A DNA stretch of 26,397 nt from a virus. Lineage: Duplodnaviria > Caudoviricetes. The notes below the pieces were generated by a model. That model made no database searches, was not told the origin of the DNA, and saw nothing but the letters and a program-made list of their open reading frames with translations. Location: the IMG/VR virus record IMGVR_UViG_3300033067_000794, positions 1 to 26,397 of that record, one strand, 5' to 3'. Numbering within the stretch: position 1 is the first letter of the stretch; each line of letters starts with the position of its first letter. Positions 6,329 through 14,976 of the stretch are shown one piece after another. The position numbers were made by a program, and so were the translations under genes.

Positions 6329-8182
6329 TTGAATACCGAAGACTTCGTAGAAAAGGCGCGGCTAATACATGCCGACAAATACCAATACCCGACTACTAAA
6401 TACATTAGATATGCGGGTAAAGTAGAAATATTGTGCCCGTCCCACGGGATCTTTTTGCAGCGTCCGGCGGACCATTTATACGGCAAAGGGTGCAAGAAAT
6501 GCGCCTCCCCGCTACACGACTCTACGGAAGGATTCATATCGAAAGCCATAGCCGTTCATGGCGACAAATATGATTATTCTGGAGCCGTTTACACCGGAAG
6601 CTCAAACAAAGTTAAAATCATTTGCGGTGAGCACGGGAGCTTTGAACAATCCGCTAGAGCACATCTCAAAGGGAAAGGGTGCCGCGCGTGTTCTATACGG
6701 GCGGCGGAAGGCCGACTAGACTCTAAAGAAGATTTTATCCGTAAAGCCATCGAAACCCACGGAGACCTATACTCTTATAACACTGTGGTGTATGCGACCT
6801 CAAAGAAAGAAGTTACTATCGTGTGTAGAAAACACGGAGCGTTTTCACAGAAACCTAACGCCCATATACAAGGGCACGGGTGCCCTAAGTGCTCTATTAT
6901 AAAGGTAGCCGACGGTAGAAGAACAGAGGTATCCTCGTATTTAGCTAAGGCGCGTGAATTTCATAATGATAAATACGACTATTCCAAAGTTAATTATGTG
7001 AACTCCGGGTCTAAAATAGAAATCGGGTGCCCTGAGCATGGGTACTTTCTGCAGTCAGCTTCACACCACCTATCCCACGGGTGTCGTAAATGCTCCTCAG
7101 ATAAGATCGGTAAAGCTCTGCTAGACACAAAAGAGGATTTCGTTAAGAAAGCTAAAGAGGTACACGGAGACTTGTATTCCTACGAGTATGTTAGGTACTC
7201 TAAATCGAACGTTAAAGTCAGTATAGAGTGCAAAAAACACGGCGTGTTTGAACAAGCCCCGTACAGCCACCTGAATGGGCAAGGGTGCAAACATTGCGCC
7301 AACGTCGGCCCTTCTAAAAATGAAATAGAAATGTCCGATTTTCTATCTTCATTGACCGCCGTAGTCCGCTCCGATAGAATCGCCATAGCGCCGCTAGAGA
7401 TAGATTGTCTGCTCCCAGATAGGAAAACGGGGGTAGAGTTTTGCGGGCTATATTTCCACTCAGCTAAATTTAGGGAGAGGGATTACCATATAAAAAAACT
7501 AACCGCCGCTAACGCTAAAGGGCTGCGCTTAGTGCAAGTATTTGAAGACGAATGGCTAGCTAAAAAAGATATCGTAAAATCCGTACTTAAGAATATAGTG
7601 TCCGCCCCATCCACCGTGCTATACGCTAGGAAAATGGAATTACGAGAGGTATCAAAAGAAGAGGCTAAGAATTTTTTAGACCTATACCACCTTCAGGGGC
7701 ACACCAAAGCCGAAATTAGACTAGGCCTGTATTCAGGGGAGGAACTAGCTATGTTGGCTACTTTTTCAGTCAATAGGCAAATCTTAGGTGATCTTAAACC
7801 CGGATGGGCCGAGTTAGTTCGGCTGTGCTCCGTACCCGGTACTAGAGTAGTCGGGGGATTCGCCAAACTTCTAAAGCGCTTCGTCTCGTGCTACAGCCCT
7901 TCCGGTATAAAAACGTACTGCGACTTGAGGTATTTTACCGGGAAGGGTTACGAGGCCGTTGGCTTTTCCAAAAGTCATGTCTCGGCGCCGGGATATTCTT
8001 ATGTGAAGAACCAAAGACGGTACTCTAGGTACGCCTATCAAAAGCACCTGTTGAAAAAGAAACTAGAGGTGTTCGACCCCAGCCTATCCGAGGAAGAGAA
8101 CATGACGGCTAATAATTTCCACCGGATATACGATTGCGGTAACATAGTGTACGTCATGGATTTAAGCCGTCGTAGCCAGTGA
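6329..8182 (+). CDS. Free-standing Hef-like homing endonuclease: 5 zinc-ribbon (DUF723-like) repeats + Vsr-like/PD-(D/E)xK-type nuclease + C-terminal GNAT-like domain
   Basis: Five units F..KA...H.DKY.Y....Y......V.I.C..HG.F.Q....HL...GC..C; EIDCLLP....GVEFCGLYFHS...YH..K...GLRLVQVFEDEW; C-terminal YARK..FLD.YHLQG..ELVRLC..VVGGFAKLL..TYCDLRY..G.GY...GF..RIYDCG. Antisense to the operon; GGAG 7 nt before a TTG start. Confidence 0.82.
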   Translation: MNTEDFVEKARLIHADKYQYPTTKYIRYAGKVEILCPSHGIFLQRPADHLYGKGCKKCASPLHDSTEGFISKAIAVHGDKYDYSGAVYTGSSNKVKIICGEHGSFEQSARAHLKGKGCRACSIRAAEGRLDSKEDFIRKAIETHGDLYSYNTVVYATSKKEVTIVCRKHGAFSQKPNAHIQGHGCPKCSIIKVADGRRTEVSSYLAKAREFHNDKYDYSKVNYVNSGSKIEIGCPEHGYFLQSASHHLSHGCRKCSSDKIGKALLDTKEDFVKKAKEVHGDLYSYEYVRYSKSNVKVSIECKKHGVFEQAPYSHLNGQGCKHCANVGPSKNEIEMSDFLSSLTAVVRSDRIAIAPLEIDCLLPDRKTGVEFCGLYFHSAKFRERDYHIKKLTAANAKGLRLVQVFEDEWLAKKDIVKSVLKNIVSAPSTVLYARKMELREVSKEEAKNFLDLYHLQGHTKAEIRLGLYSGEELAMLATFSVNRQILGDLKPGWAELVRLCSVPGTRVVGGFAKLLKRFVSCYSPSGIKTYCDLRYFTGKGYEAVGFSKSHVSAPGYSYVKNQRRYSRYAYQKHLLKKKLEVFDPSLSEEENMTANNFHRIYDCGNIVYVMDLSRRSQ

Positions 8183-10063
8183 TACCATCGAATTTAAGGA
8201 CTGTAGCGCCGCACTAGCCATGTTACTGTAGCCAGACGCGATTGACTCACTCTTCTTCAAATCGAGCTCGGTATACCCTTGCTGCAATCTGTAAAAATTA
8301 GATAGCGATTCCACGCTGCCATTAAAGGCCGCGATTCTGGCATTGACGAAAGCGATGTCACGCTGCAACGCGCCTTTATACACCTCAAGATTAGCCTCAA
8401 CGTTTGTTTTATACACGTCAAGTCCTAACCGTTTAAGCTCGGCTTCAGACGCGAATTTCTGCAGGGCGATTTCGGCTACCGTTTTGTAAGTATCCAGTTG
8501 AGCCCCGTATTGTGCTATTCGGGCCACGTTAGTTTTCACATCGCCGTCCAAAATAGTCTTTTGGACATCGACAGTTATTTCTGCGGCCTTTAACTGCGAT
8601 TCGTAAATACGAAGTTTAGAGAGTTCCCCGTCCAGTTTTGCTTTATCTCCATCGATCGCCGCCTTGTAAGCTTCGAAGGCTGCTAAGCGCGCCCGAACAT
8701 TCGTCTCGAAAACCTGAGCTCGTACCGAGTATTCTTTTATTTTCAGTTCGTCGACTGCGGCCCGTTTTGCGATAGCGTCTACGATTGCGCTGTACCTGGA
8801 AACCTCTAACTGCTGCAGCTCTACCTGAACTTTAGCGCCTTCGATCTGCTTAATTTCTACATCGGTGCGTAACTCAAGCGCCTCTAACTCTAGCTTATAC
8901 CCTTCAAGGCCGGACAGAGCCGCTTTTAATTTTACTTCGTACTGATCGTTCAGGGCCTTCATCACCGAAAGGGTGAATTCATGCCTGGAACGTTCATGCT
9001 CGAACAGCGTTATTAGCTTGTTAGCCAATTCAGTAGCCTGTGAATTAGCGGCCTGTATCAATCCTAAACCGGTTTGCGCGTACTGCACCGCAAGCCCTCG
9101 TACACCTTGGATCTGGGCAGACGCTAGGTTTAGGACGAATTGGAGGTGCTGAATCTCGGTTTTGCGGCGTTCGATATAAACGTCCGTTGACTGCCCGGCA
9201 AGGGTTTTTGCGCCCTCGATACGGGCTTTGTTTAGCGCGGACACGATAGCCCCAGGAGGAACTATGAAGCCCCTCTTTTCTCCGGTTTCCAGGATTGTTC
9301 TTTCTGCCGATTGATATTCCGTTTCAGTTCTTGCTCGGGCCCTTGAATAGAGGGCGGCTTCAAACTGGTCAGGCAGGATACCTCCTTCTAACCCGGCCAC
9401 TATTTTTGCGTGGATAGAATCCCGTTGCTCGTAATATTCTGGCGCGAATTTCTGGACCCATTGCTCCGTCAGGTCATCAATGAACGCTTTCATTTCCGGA
9501 AGCGCGTTTTCGTATCTGGCTTTCCAGTAATCTGCGTAATTCGTAGGGGCCGGGATGGCTTCTGGAGGAACCGTGGCCTCGTACTCCGGCAACTCCAAAT
9601 TAGGGGCCGTTCGCAGAGTAATAGGTGTAATCGTCGGTATATCTACCGATCTGAGTACCGGTACCGCAGTAGCAACTAAGTCGTTGTAGATTTCGTCTAC
9701 TTTCAAATCGGGGGCCGCTTCGTTCCAATCTGGCATCGTACTGGACGGGAGTGATTGTTGGAATAGCCCTGTGGTGTTAATGGTTGGAGCTGTGGGTAAA
9801 ACGGGGGCGTCCACCCCATGAAGGTCTTTTAGGGTAGGATTGACCGGTAAAGGCTGAGTCGGCGGCGTATACGTGGGGAACGGAGTCGTATCCGAAGCCG
9901 GAGGAGTATACTCAGCGTCGAACTCTTGCGGGTCTACTCCAAGAGAGGCGTACCCGATCGTTCCGCGCCGGCCGTCTATCTGCTCTATGGCCGTTGCTGC
10001 GGCGGATGCGAAACTATCTGCCCTATTCACTGCTATGTTAACCAACTCGTCTACAGTAGCCAT
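8162..10063 (-). CDS. Virion structural protein with Pro-rich N-terminal third and long coiled-coil (633 aa)
   Basis: Long ORF, start overlaps the upstream stop (TAATG at 10063); heptad-like Ala/Glu/Lys/Leu region. Confidence 0.78.
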   Translation of the reverse strand: MATVDELVNIAVNRADSFASAAATAIEQIDGRRGTIGYASLGVDPQEFDAEYTPPASDTTPFPTYTPPTQPLPVNPTLKDLHGVDAPVLPTAPTINTTGLFQQSLPSSTMPDWNEAAPDLKVDEIYNDLVATAVPVLRSVDIPTITPITLRTAPNLELPEYEATVPPEAIPAPTNYADYWKARYENALPEMKAFIDDLTEQWVQKFAPEYYEQRDSIHAKIVAGLEGGILPDQFEAALYSRARARTETEYQSAERTILETGEKRGFIVPPGAIVSALNKARIEGAKTLAGQSTDVYIERRKTEIQHLQFVLNLASAQIQGVRGLAVQYAQTGLGLIQAANSQATELANKLITLFEHERSRHEFTLSVMKALNDQYEVKLKAALSGLEGYKLELEALELRTDVEIKQIEGAKVQVELQQLEVSRYSAIVDAIAKRAAVDELKIKEYSVRAQVFETNVRARLAAFEAYKAAIDGDKAKLDGELSKLRIYESQLKAAEITVDVQKTILDGDVKTNVARIAQYGAQLDTYKTVAEIALQKFASEAELKRLGLDVYKTNVEANLEVYKGALQRDIAFVNARIAAFNGSVESLSNFYRLQQGYTELDLKKSESIASGYSNMASAALQSLNSMVSLATTA

Positions 10064-12375
10064 TATTTAACCCTTCTTTGTAATAAGTCTGGTAGGTACT
10101 CCATGCCTTGTAAATGTTTTATCCCCTCTATTTTAAATGTCCAATACCTACCTTTACTTCCTCGGCCTAATTTGACCTTTCTCCCCGAGAAGTCAGAATT
10201 CCGGCCCGCTTGCTCTATCCCATCCACGATGGGGGTAACAAGGTAATCGTCGTCCCCATTTAGATATATAAAAGGAACATTTTTTGATTGGAATATCCCA
10301 AAATCTGTATCTTTGGTTACAATTGTACCATTAACTTCCTCGTCTACATCGAGTGAACCATCTAATAGGTACAATCCGTTTTCTTTTACTCCATAGTATT
10401 TTCCGCCGATAGCTGCTATGTGCATAAAAGGGTAGTTAGTATACCGACTTACCTGACCCGTTAAAATGTTCAGTACAAACGCCTCGCTATTTACGCTGGC
10501 GCTAGCAAATTGAATGGCCGGAGTTACTGCAAACCCCCTCCCGGATATTTCGAATCGGTACAATGACGACGCAAAGCCTCGCCCCGTAACGGTTATAGTA
10601 GTTGGAGCCGCCGCATAAGAATCTAAGGAGGCTAAAAATCCCCTACCTTTTATATTAGCGAGACCATCAGTCGAAACTGCTTCAGAACTCAGAGACGCAC
10701 TGAATCCTCGGCCTACTACAACTCCCCCACCAAACATGCTCGGCTTAGAGAAAAGCCCTCTCCCTGAGACCCGTATAAAAGATGTTGGGGTAAAAGAAAA
10801 ATCTAGGCTTGACGTAAATCCGCGGCCGAGGACAGAAAACTCTCCTGTGGAGTCCGACAGGCTTTCTAAAGAAGCGGAAAAACCTTGCCCGGTTACAACG
10901 GCCCCGCCAAATAATTTTGGGATAGCCGCAAACCCTCGCCCAGAAATTACGGTGGGGTGGTCTACCGAGTAAACTATCTGCGGGGATACCGAAAATCCTC
11001 TTCCTACTATCGAGAATACCGTAGGATTAAGCTCCGCATGGAACCCTCTACCCGCCACATTGATTATGTCAGGAGGGGTTATACCCGTCAGAGACATAGT
11101 AAGCTGCCCTGCTGTTAAATCTACCATTTCGGCCACCGTGGGGAGCCCCCCGGTTATGGAAACAGTTCTAAGAAGCGCGGTTGAAATAAAATCCTGTAAA
11201 AGCGTGGGTGCTTCCCCTGTTATGGAAACAGCTCCCTGCAACGCGGTATCAAAATACTGAGAAAATCCTGGTGTTAACCCAGATAAAGGGATATTACGCT
11301 GCCCTGGACGTAGGCTAGCCTCGTAAGTATAAACTGCTCCCTGATTATTTAATGGAGATCCTGCCCAATCGACAATTCCTATTACGAGCTTCCCTCCAGC
11401 GGTGTCTAAACATATCCCTTTCCCAAATTCCCCGTCGGCCAGCGCTGCTGGATCCGTTATCCTAGCTTGACGAGATACCCAAGCAGACCCGGACCAGTCA
11501 TATATCAGGACGCTCCCTTGCCTAGTTAGAGAGGCTCCTGTCCAATCACGAGAACTAATAGCGAGGGTAGTTCCGCTTCCGTTAAGAGATACCCCCTCTC
11601 CGAAATTACCTAGCGATTTAGCCGATGGGTCCTTTAGAACACTGCCGCGTTTTACCCAAGTGGTTCCGGACCAGTCGTATACGTAAACCCCTCCGGGAGC
11701 AGTCAGCGCTTCTCCAGCCCATACCCAAGCGCCTACGGCCATAATACTGCCATCAGAATTAAGACTTACCGACTTACCGAAGCCCCCGTTATCCACTGCA
11801 TCCGAATCCACTAGAGTAGTAGATCGTTTTACCCAAGCAGACCCTGACCAATCGTATATAAGAACGGCACCGAACCCTTGTGGGGCCCCTGACCAAGCTT
11901 GCGTTCCTACCGAAAGGACTAAAGCGTTAGCGCTAAGAGCAACTGCTCGACCGTAGTCCCCATAGGAGACGCCTGCCGCATCAACAATCGTAGACCCCCT
12001 CTTTACCCAAGCAGACCCGGACCAATCGTATACGTCCACTCCACCGGAGTTAGCCGGGGAGGCTCCTGTCCAGTGTTCTTTACCTACTGCTAATACTGTT
12101 CCGTTTGAGTTAAGACTAACTGCCTTTCCAAAAAATCCTTGATCTGCGGCTGTAGCGTCTACTAGTAGCCCCCCGCGCTGGACCCAAGAATCACCGGACC
12201 TGTCGAATATGTACACACCTCCTCTATAATCGTGCGGAGATTGCGTAGCCCAATTAAAGACTCCTACTGCCATAACAGTTGAGTCTCCGCTTACGGCCAC
12301 CGAGGTCCCAAAGGATCCGTTAGCTATGGCCCCAGAATCGACTAATAAGCTATCCAGAAGGGAAAAGTCGATCAT
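10063..12375 (-). CDS. Tail/fibre protein (770 aa): FG-GAP-like beta-propeller, two classes of short repeats, C-terminal anchor-like domain
   Basis: Six blades FG.(S/A)V.L...G..LAVG...W......G.V.(I/V)YDWSG..WV.R; about 4 (I/L)(T/S)G..P repeats (11071-11298); 10 GRGF-type repeats (~10530-11055); C-terminal AFVLN..TGQVSRYTNYPF...YYGV..NGLYLLDG...RKVKLGRGSKGRYW. Confidence 0.82.
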   Translation of the reverse strand: MIDFSLLDSLLVDSGAIANGSFGTSVAVSGDSTVMAVGVFNWATQSPHDYRGGVYIFDRSGDSWVQRGGLLVDATAADQGFFGKAVSLNSNGTVLAVGKEHWTGASPANSGGVDVYDWSGSAWVKRGSTIVDAAGVSYGDYGRAVALSANALVLSVGTQAWSGAPQGFGAVLIYDWSGSAWVKRSTTLVDSDAVDNGGFGKSVSLNSDGSIMAVGAWVWAGEALTAPGGVYVYDWSGTTWVKRGSVLKDPSAKSLGNFGEGVSLNGSGTTLAISSRDWTGASLTRQGSVLIYDWSGSAWVSRQARITDPAALADGEFGKGICLDTAGGKLVIGIVDWAGSPLNNQGAVYTYEASLRPGQRNIPLSGLTPGFSQYFDTALQGAVSITGEAPTLLQDFISTALLRTVSITGGLPTVAEMVDLTAGQLTMSLTGITPPDIINVAGRGFHAELNPTVFSIVGRGFSVSPQIVYSVDHPTVISGRGFAAIPKLFGGAVVTGQGFSASLESLSDSTGEFSVLGRGFTSSLDFSFTPTSFIRVSGRGLFSKPSMFGGGVVVGRGFSASLSSEAVSTDGLANIKGRGFLASLDSYAAAPTTITVTGRGFASSLYRFEISGRGFAVTPAIQFASASVNSEAFVLNILTGQVSRYTNYPFMHIAAIGGKYYGVKENGLYLLDGSLDVDEEVNGTIVTKDTDFGIFQSKNVPFIYLNGDDDYLVTPIVDGIEQAGRNSDFSGRKVKLGRGSKGRYWTFKIEGIKHLQGMEYLPDLLQRRVK
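11470..12210. repeat. Nucleotide-level repeats of propeller blades, period ~175 nt
   Basis: acccaagcagacc(c/t)gacca(a/g)tc(g/a)tata-like core near 11477, 11654 (variant), 11831, 12005 and 12182 (degenerate). Confidence 0.8.
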
Positions 12376-12378
12376 GAC

Positions 12379-12843
12379 TTATACCGTCTTAAACCAGCCT
12401 AAATTCGGCGCATTTATCTTAAATATTGACGCCGTAGACGATACGGAAGCAGATCCGCTAGCAGTATCGAGATCGACATACCACAGCAGTTTACTAGTCG
12501 AGGTACTAAACGTATTTGCTGTAACGGGCTGAACACAAACTAAGTATTTCGCCGTTATGGTTACAGAAGACCCAAAATCCGCATCTGCGCTATCGTAATA
12601 AGTAGTCCCAGCGGTGGTTGTATTATCTATGGCGAGGGCCGTAGCCGCTATTGGCGCACCGTTGCCCGAGGTGATAGTGCCCGCTAGGTTAGCCGTAGTT
12701 GAGTGCGTAGCAGACGGAGTGTACGCATTGGTACACAAGCAGAACATTATATTTCCCGCCGTAGCATCGTTCCATTGACGGTTAGCCGTATCGAATATCG
12801 TCTTTTCTAACGAATTATATTTTGTAACTGTGCCTATAGCCAT
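12379..12843 (-). CDS. Small beta-rich virion fibre subunit (154 aa)
   Basis: Thr/Ala/Ser-rich; N-terminal helix, then hydrophobic strand IMFCLCT, later D.AD..F, TAKYLV, LLWYVDL, FKI..P..GWF; AGGAG RBS. Confidence 0.72.
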   Translation of the reverse strand: MAIGTVTKYNSLEKTIFDTANRQWNDATAGNIMFCLCTNAYTPSATHSTTANLAGTITSGNGAPIAATALAIDNTTTAGTTYYDSADADFGSSVTITAKYLVCVQPVTANTFSTSTSKLLWYVDLDTASGSASVSSTASIFKINAPNLGWFKTV

Positions 12844-12855
12844 TACAGTCTCCTA

Positions 12856-13332
12856 TTAAGAAATATTAGTGACTGGTATATTAAAACTCTGAATAACGCC
12901 GGTTTCGTTTTCCGCATAAGTTACTTTAGTCATCTGCGCGTCCCCAGAGGTTATTCCTACCGAAAAGTCTATCCTAGGCAACGTCGTAGATACACCGCCA
13001 GCATCCGTAGGATTTCCGATGAATCTCCCCCACCCGATGGTCCCGGCTGTCGTACAAACAAACTTCCAGTCTTCCGCCGTCGCTTTATCGAGACTCGCAG
13101 CACCACCGGTCCCATCGACAACGGCTCCAAATTCCAGACCATTTGTAGGTGATCCTGCAGACCATGCTGCTCCGCCTTGTGTAGCCCGTCCTAAGAAAGT
13201 ACCGGTAGGCGCCGCATCGGGGCTAGAGGGCTGCGCCCCAGAATAAAAATTTATTACTCCGTCCGCCAAGTTAGTTTTTACGGCGGTGTTTAAAAAATCA
13301 TGGAATATTTTTGTACTGAATCGAAATGCCAT
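12856..13332 (-). CDS. Small beta-rich virion fibre subunit (158 aa)
   Basis: INFYSGAQPSSPDAAPTGTFLG...AGTIGWGRF...RIDFSVG..SGD motif widespread in phage structural modules; AGGAG RBS. Confidence 0.75.
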   Translation of the reverse strand: MAFRFSTKIFHDFLNTAVKTNLADGVINFYSGAQPSSPDAAPTGTFLGRATQGGAAWSAGSPTNGLEFGAVVDGTGGAASLDKATAEDWKFVCTTAGTIGWGRFIGNPTDAGGVSTTLPRIDFSVGITSGDAQMTKVTYAENETGVIQSFNIPVTNIS

Positions 13333-13352
13333 CGCACCGCTCCTACGTAGTA

Positions 13353-14471
13353 TTATGAAAATGAATTGAAAGCCGGAATACCAGCGTCGTGTAGCGCTAA
13401 AAATCGCTGTATACCGCTATTATACACTAAGGCTGTGGAACAGCTAGTACCCATAGGAAGTGATAATTTTGGTTCTGTGATAGGGGTAAACGGAAAAGCA
13501 CTGCAAACTCCGCGCTGAGTGTACACCAAAAGCCCTCCGGTCGGCAGTTTGGCTACCGATCGACCGGGTATGACACCGTAATTAGCCACCTTATCTAGCC
13601 CGCCGTCCGGCGTGTATGCGTATATTTCCTTCGCCGTACCAATGAGCATAGCCTGCTCAGTCGCCCGCATAACTTCTACTTTACCGGGCACTACAATGTA
13701 GTCTTTATCAAAATTATATAGGTGGTAGTGATACGACTTGCTATACCATATAACCGTGTAGTCCCCTAATCGCTCGCTAATAAATAATCTCGAATTAAAA
13801 TACTCTATTTTATCCGAATTATTAGGTAGCTGAGCAGAATTTGTACAAACCGGAGGTAACTGATTTCCATAGACCACGTCATAAAAAACTTCTCCTCCGG
13901 CTTCTGTCATGTATACGTTAACCGTATGCCCTGGTATCATTAAAGGAGTTACCAAAATATCCCCCTGAGAAACCAATTCAACCGTAACTACCTGAGAAGC
14001 ACCCCCCTCTAAGCCATTCGAATTAGTATAAGTATAGACTACATTGTACAACCCAGGAGGTTTGCCGCCCCCTGTAATAACTATTTCCGGCCCGTTAGAC
14101 GGAGTGGGAACAGATATGTTTATTACTGTGTCCTGCATAACGGATACGCCATCATTAGTAAACAACGTCTTCGAGAAATCGCAGAATTCTGTGGCCGTAG
14201 AAAAAGCTATCCGTACTAAGCTAAGATCCGGTTCTACCCTATATAGGACTCCGGATGATATAATATACGTATCCCCGGAGAGAGTTGTGTACGCATTTTG
14301 TATTGAAATGGACTCCGATAACTGATACCCCTTTCGACCCAATATCCCGCCGGAGTTTGATATGTCCACGTCGATGGCATCGTGTAAGGGAGCCCCTTCT
14401 AATCGAGTAGATGTGCCCAAATCCCTTTGAGATACTAAGTTCTCTATCCCTTTGAACGTGTTTATCTTCAT
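13353..14471 (-). CDS. Virion/tail structural protein (372 aa), possibly tail tubular/nozzle-like
   Basis: N-terminal FKGIEN...AIDVDISNSG....RKG pattern, beta-rich body, IWYSK.Y.Y.L..F; ATGA overlap with the upstream gene. Confidence 0.65.
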   Translation of the reverse strand: MKINTFKGIENLVSQRDLGTSTRLEGAPLHDAIDVDISNSGGILGRKGYQLSESISIQNAYTTLSGDTYIISSGVLYRVEPDLSLVRIAFSTATEFCDFSKTLFTNDGVSVMQDTVINISVPTPSNGPEIVITGGGKPPGLYNVVYTYTNSNGLEGGASQVVTVELVSQGDILVTPLMIPGHTVNVYMTEAGGEVFYDVVYGNQLPPVCTNSAQLPNNSDKIEYFNSRLFISERLGDYTVIWYSKSYHYHLYNFDKDYIVVPGKVEVMRATEQAMLIGTAKEIYAYTPDGGLDKVANYGVIPGRSVAKLPTGGLLVYTQRGVCSAFPFTPITEPKLSLPMGTSCSTALVYNSGIQRFLALHDAGIPAFNSFS

Positions 14472-14968
14472 GCGTCCGCTACCTTAAACTGAAGAGTAAC
14501 ATCGTCTTCCCCTCCATCGCTTTTTATGGTGTGATTAGTGACCGTAAAAAGCGCTACCCCCGCTGGAACTGACGATATGGTAGCTTGTGTAGTCCTAGTA
14601 GAATAGATCTGTGCGGTTAGGACAACGCCATCCGAAGCGCTCCACGTAGAGTCTACAATGTCCTGAGAAGGAGGTAACAAATTGTACGCAACGGCCTCCC
14701 AGGTGGGTCCGTCCGTAACGGTTCCCCCTATTTTAGTCGGCCAATTCGGTTCTGTTTGCCCAGATCTGCCAGGATTGGTTACTTTAAAATACAGCCCCCG
14801 GAATACCGTCGGTATAACAACGTCGTAATCCCCTTCTCCTCTGACATAATAAACAGTGTCCGGCGCCCAGGTATCCGGCCGGTATATTATCCCTATCGGC
14901 CTCTTAGCATCCTTATCGTGATACCCCGGCATTTTAAAAGGGCCTTTACCCATCGCGTTATATAACAT
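14468..14968 (-). CDS. Fibre adaptor-like protein (166 aa) with an inserted Trp-rich carbohydrate-binding-like module
   Basis: Adaptor halves HDKDAKRPIGIIY / LLPPSQDIVDSTW...FTVTNHTIKSDGGEDDVTLQFKV flank WAPDTVY...VIPT...GLYFKVT..GRSG.TEP.WPT..G.TV.DG.TW. Confidence 0.62.
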   Translation of the reverse strand: MLYNAMGKGPFKMPGYHDKDAKRPIGIIYRPDTWAPDTVYYVRGEGDYDVVIPTVFRGLYFKVTNPGRSGQTEPNWPTKIGGTVTDGPTWEAVAYNLLPPSQDIVDSTWSASDGVVLTAQIYSTRTTQATISSVPAGVALFTVTNHTIKSDGGEDDVTLQFKVADA

Positions 14969-14976
14969 GTGCCATC

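Noticed and set aside
6222-8182. Endonuclease as part of a group I intron or intein
   Set aside because: It is antisense and between two complete ORFs; there is no room for an intron core and no intein motifs.
11470-12210. Periodic DNA repeats as a CRISPR array or DGR template/variable repeats
   Set aside because: They are in-frame, degenerate protein repeats; no cas or reverse transcriptase gene and no adenine-specific variation.
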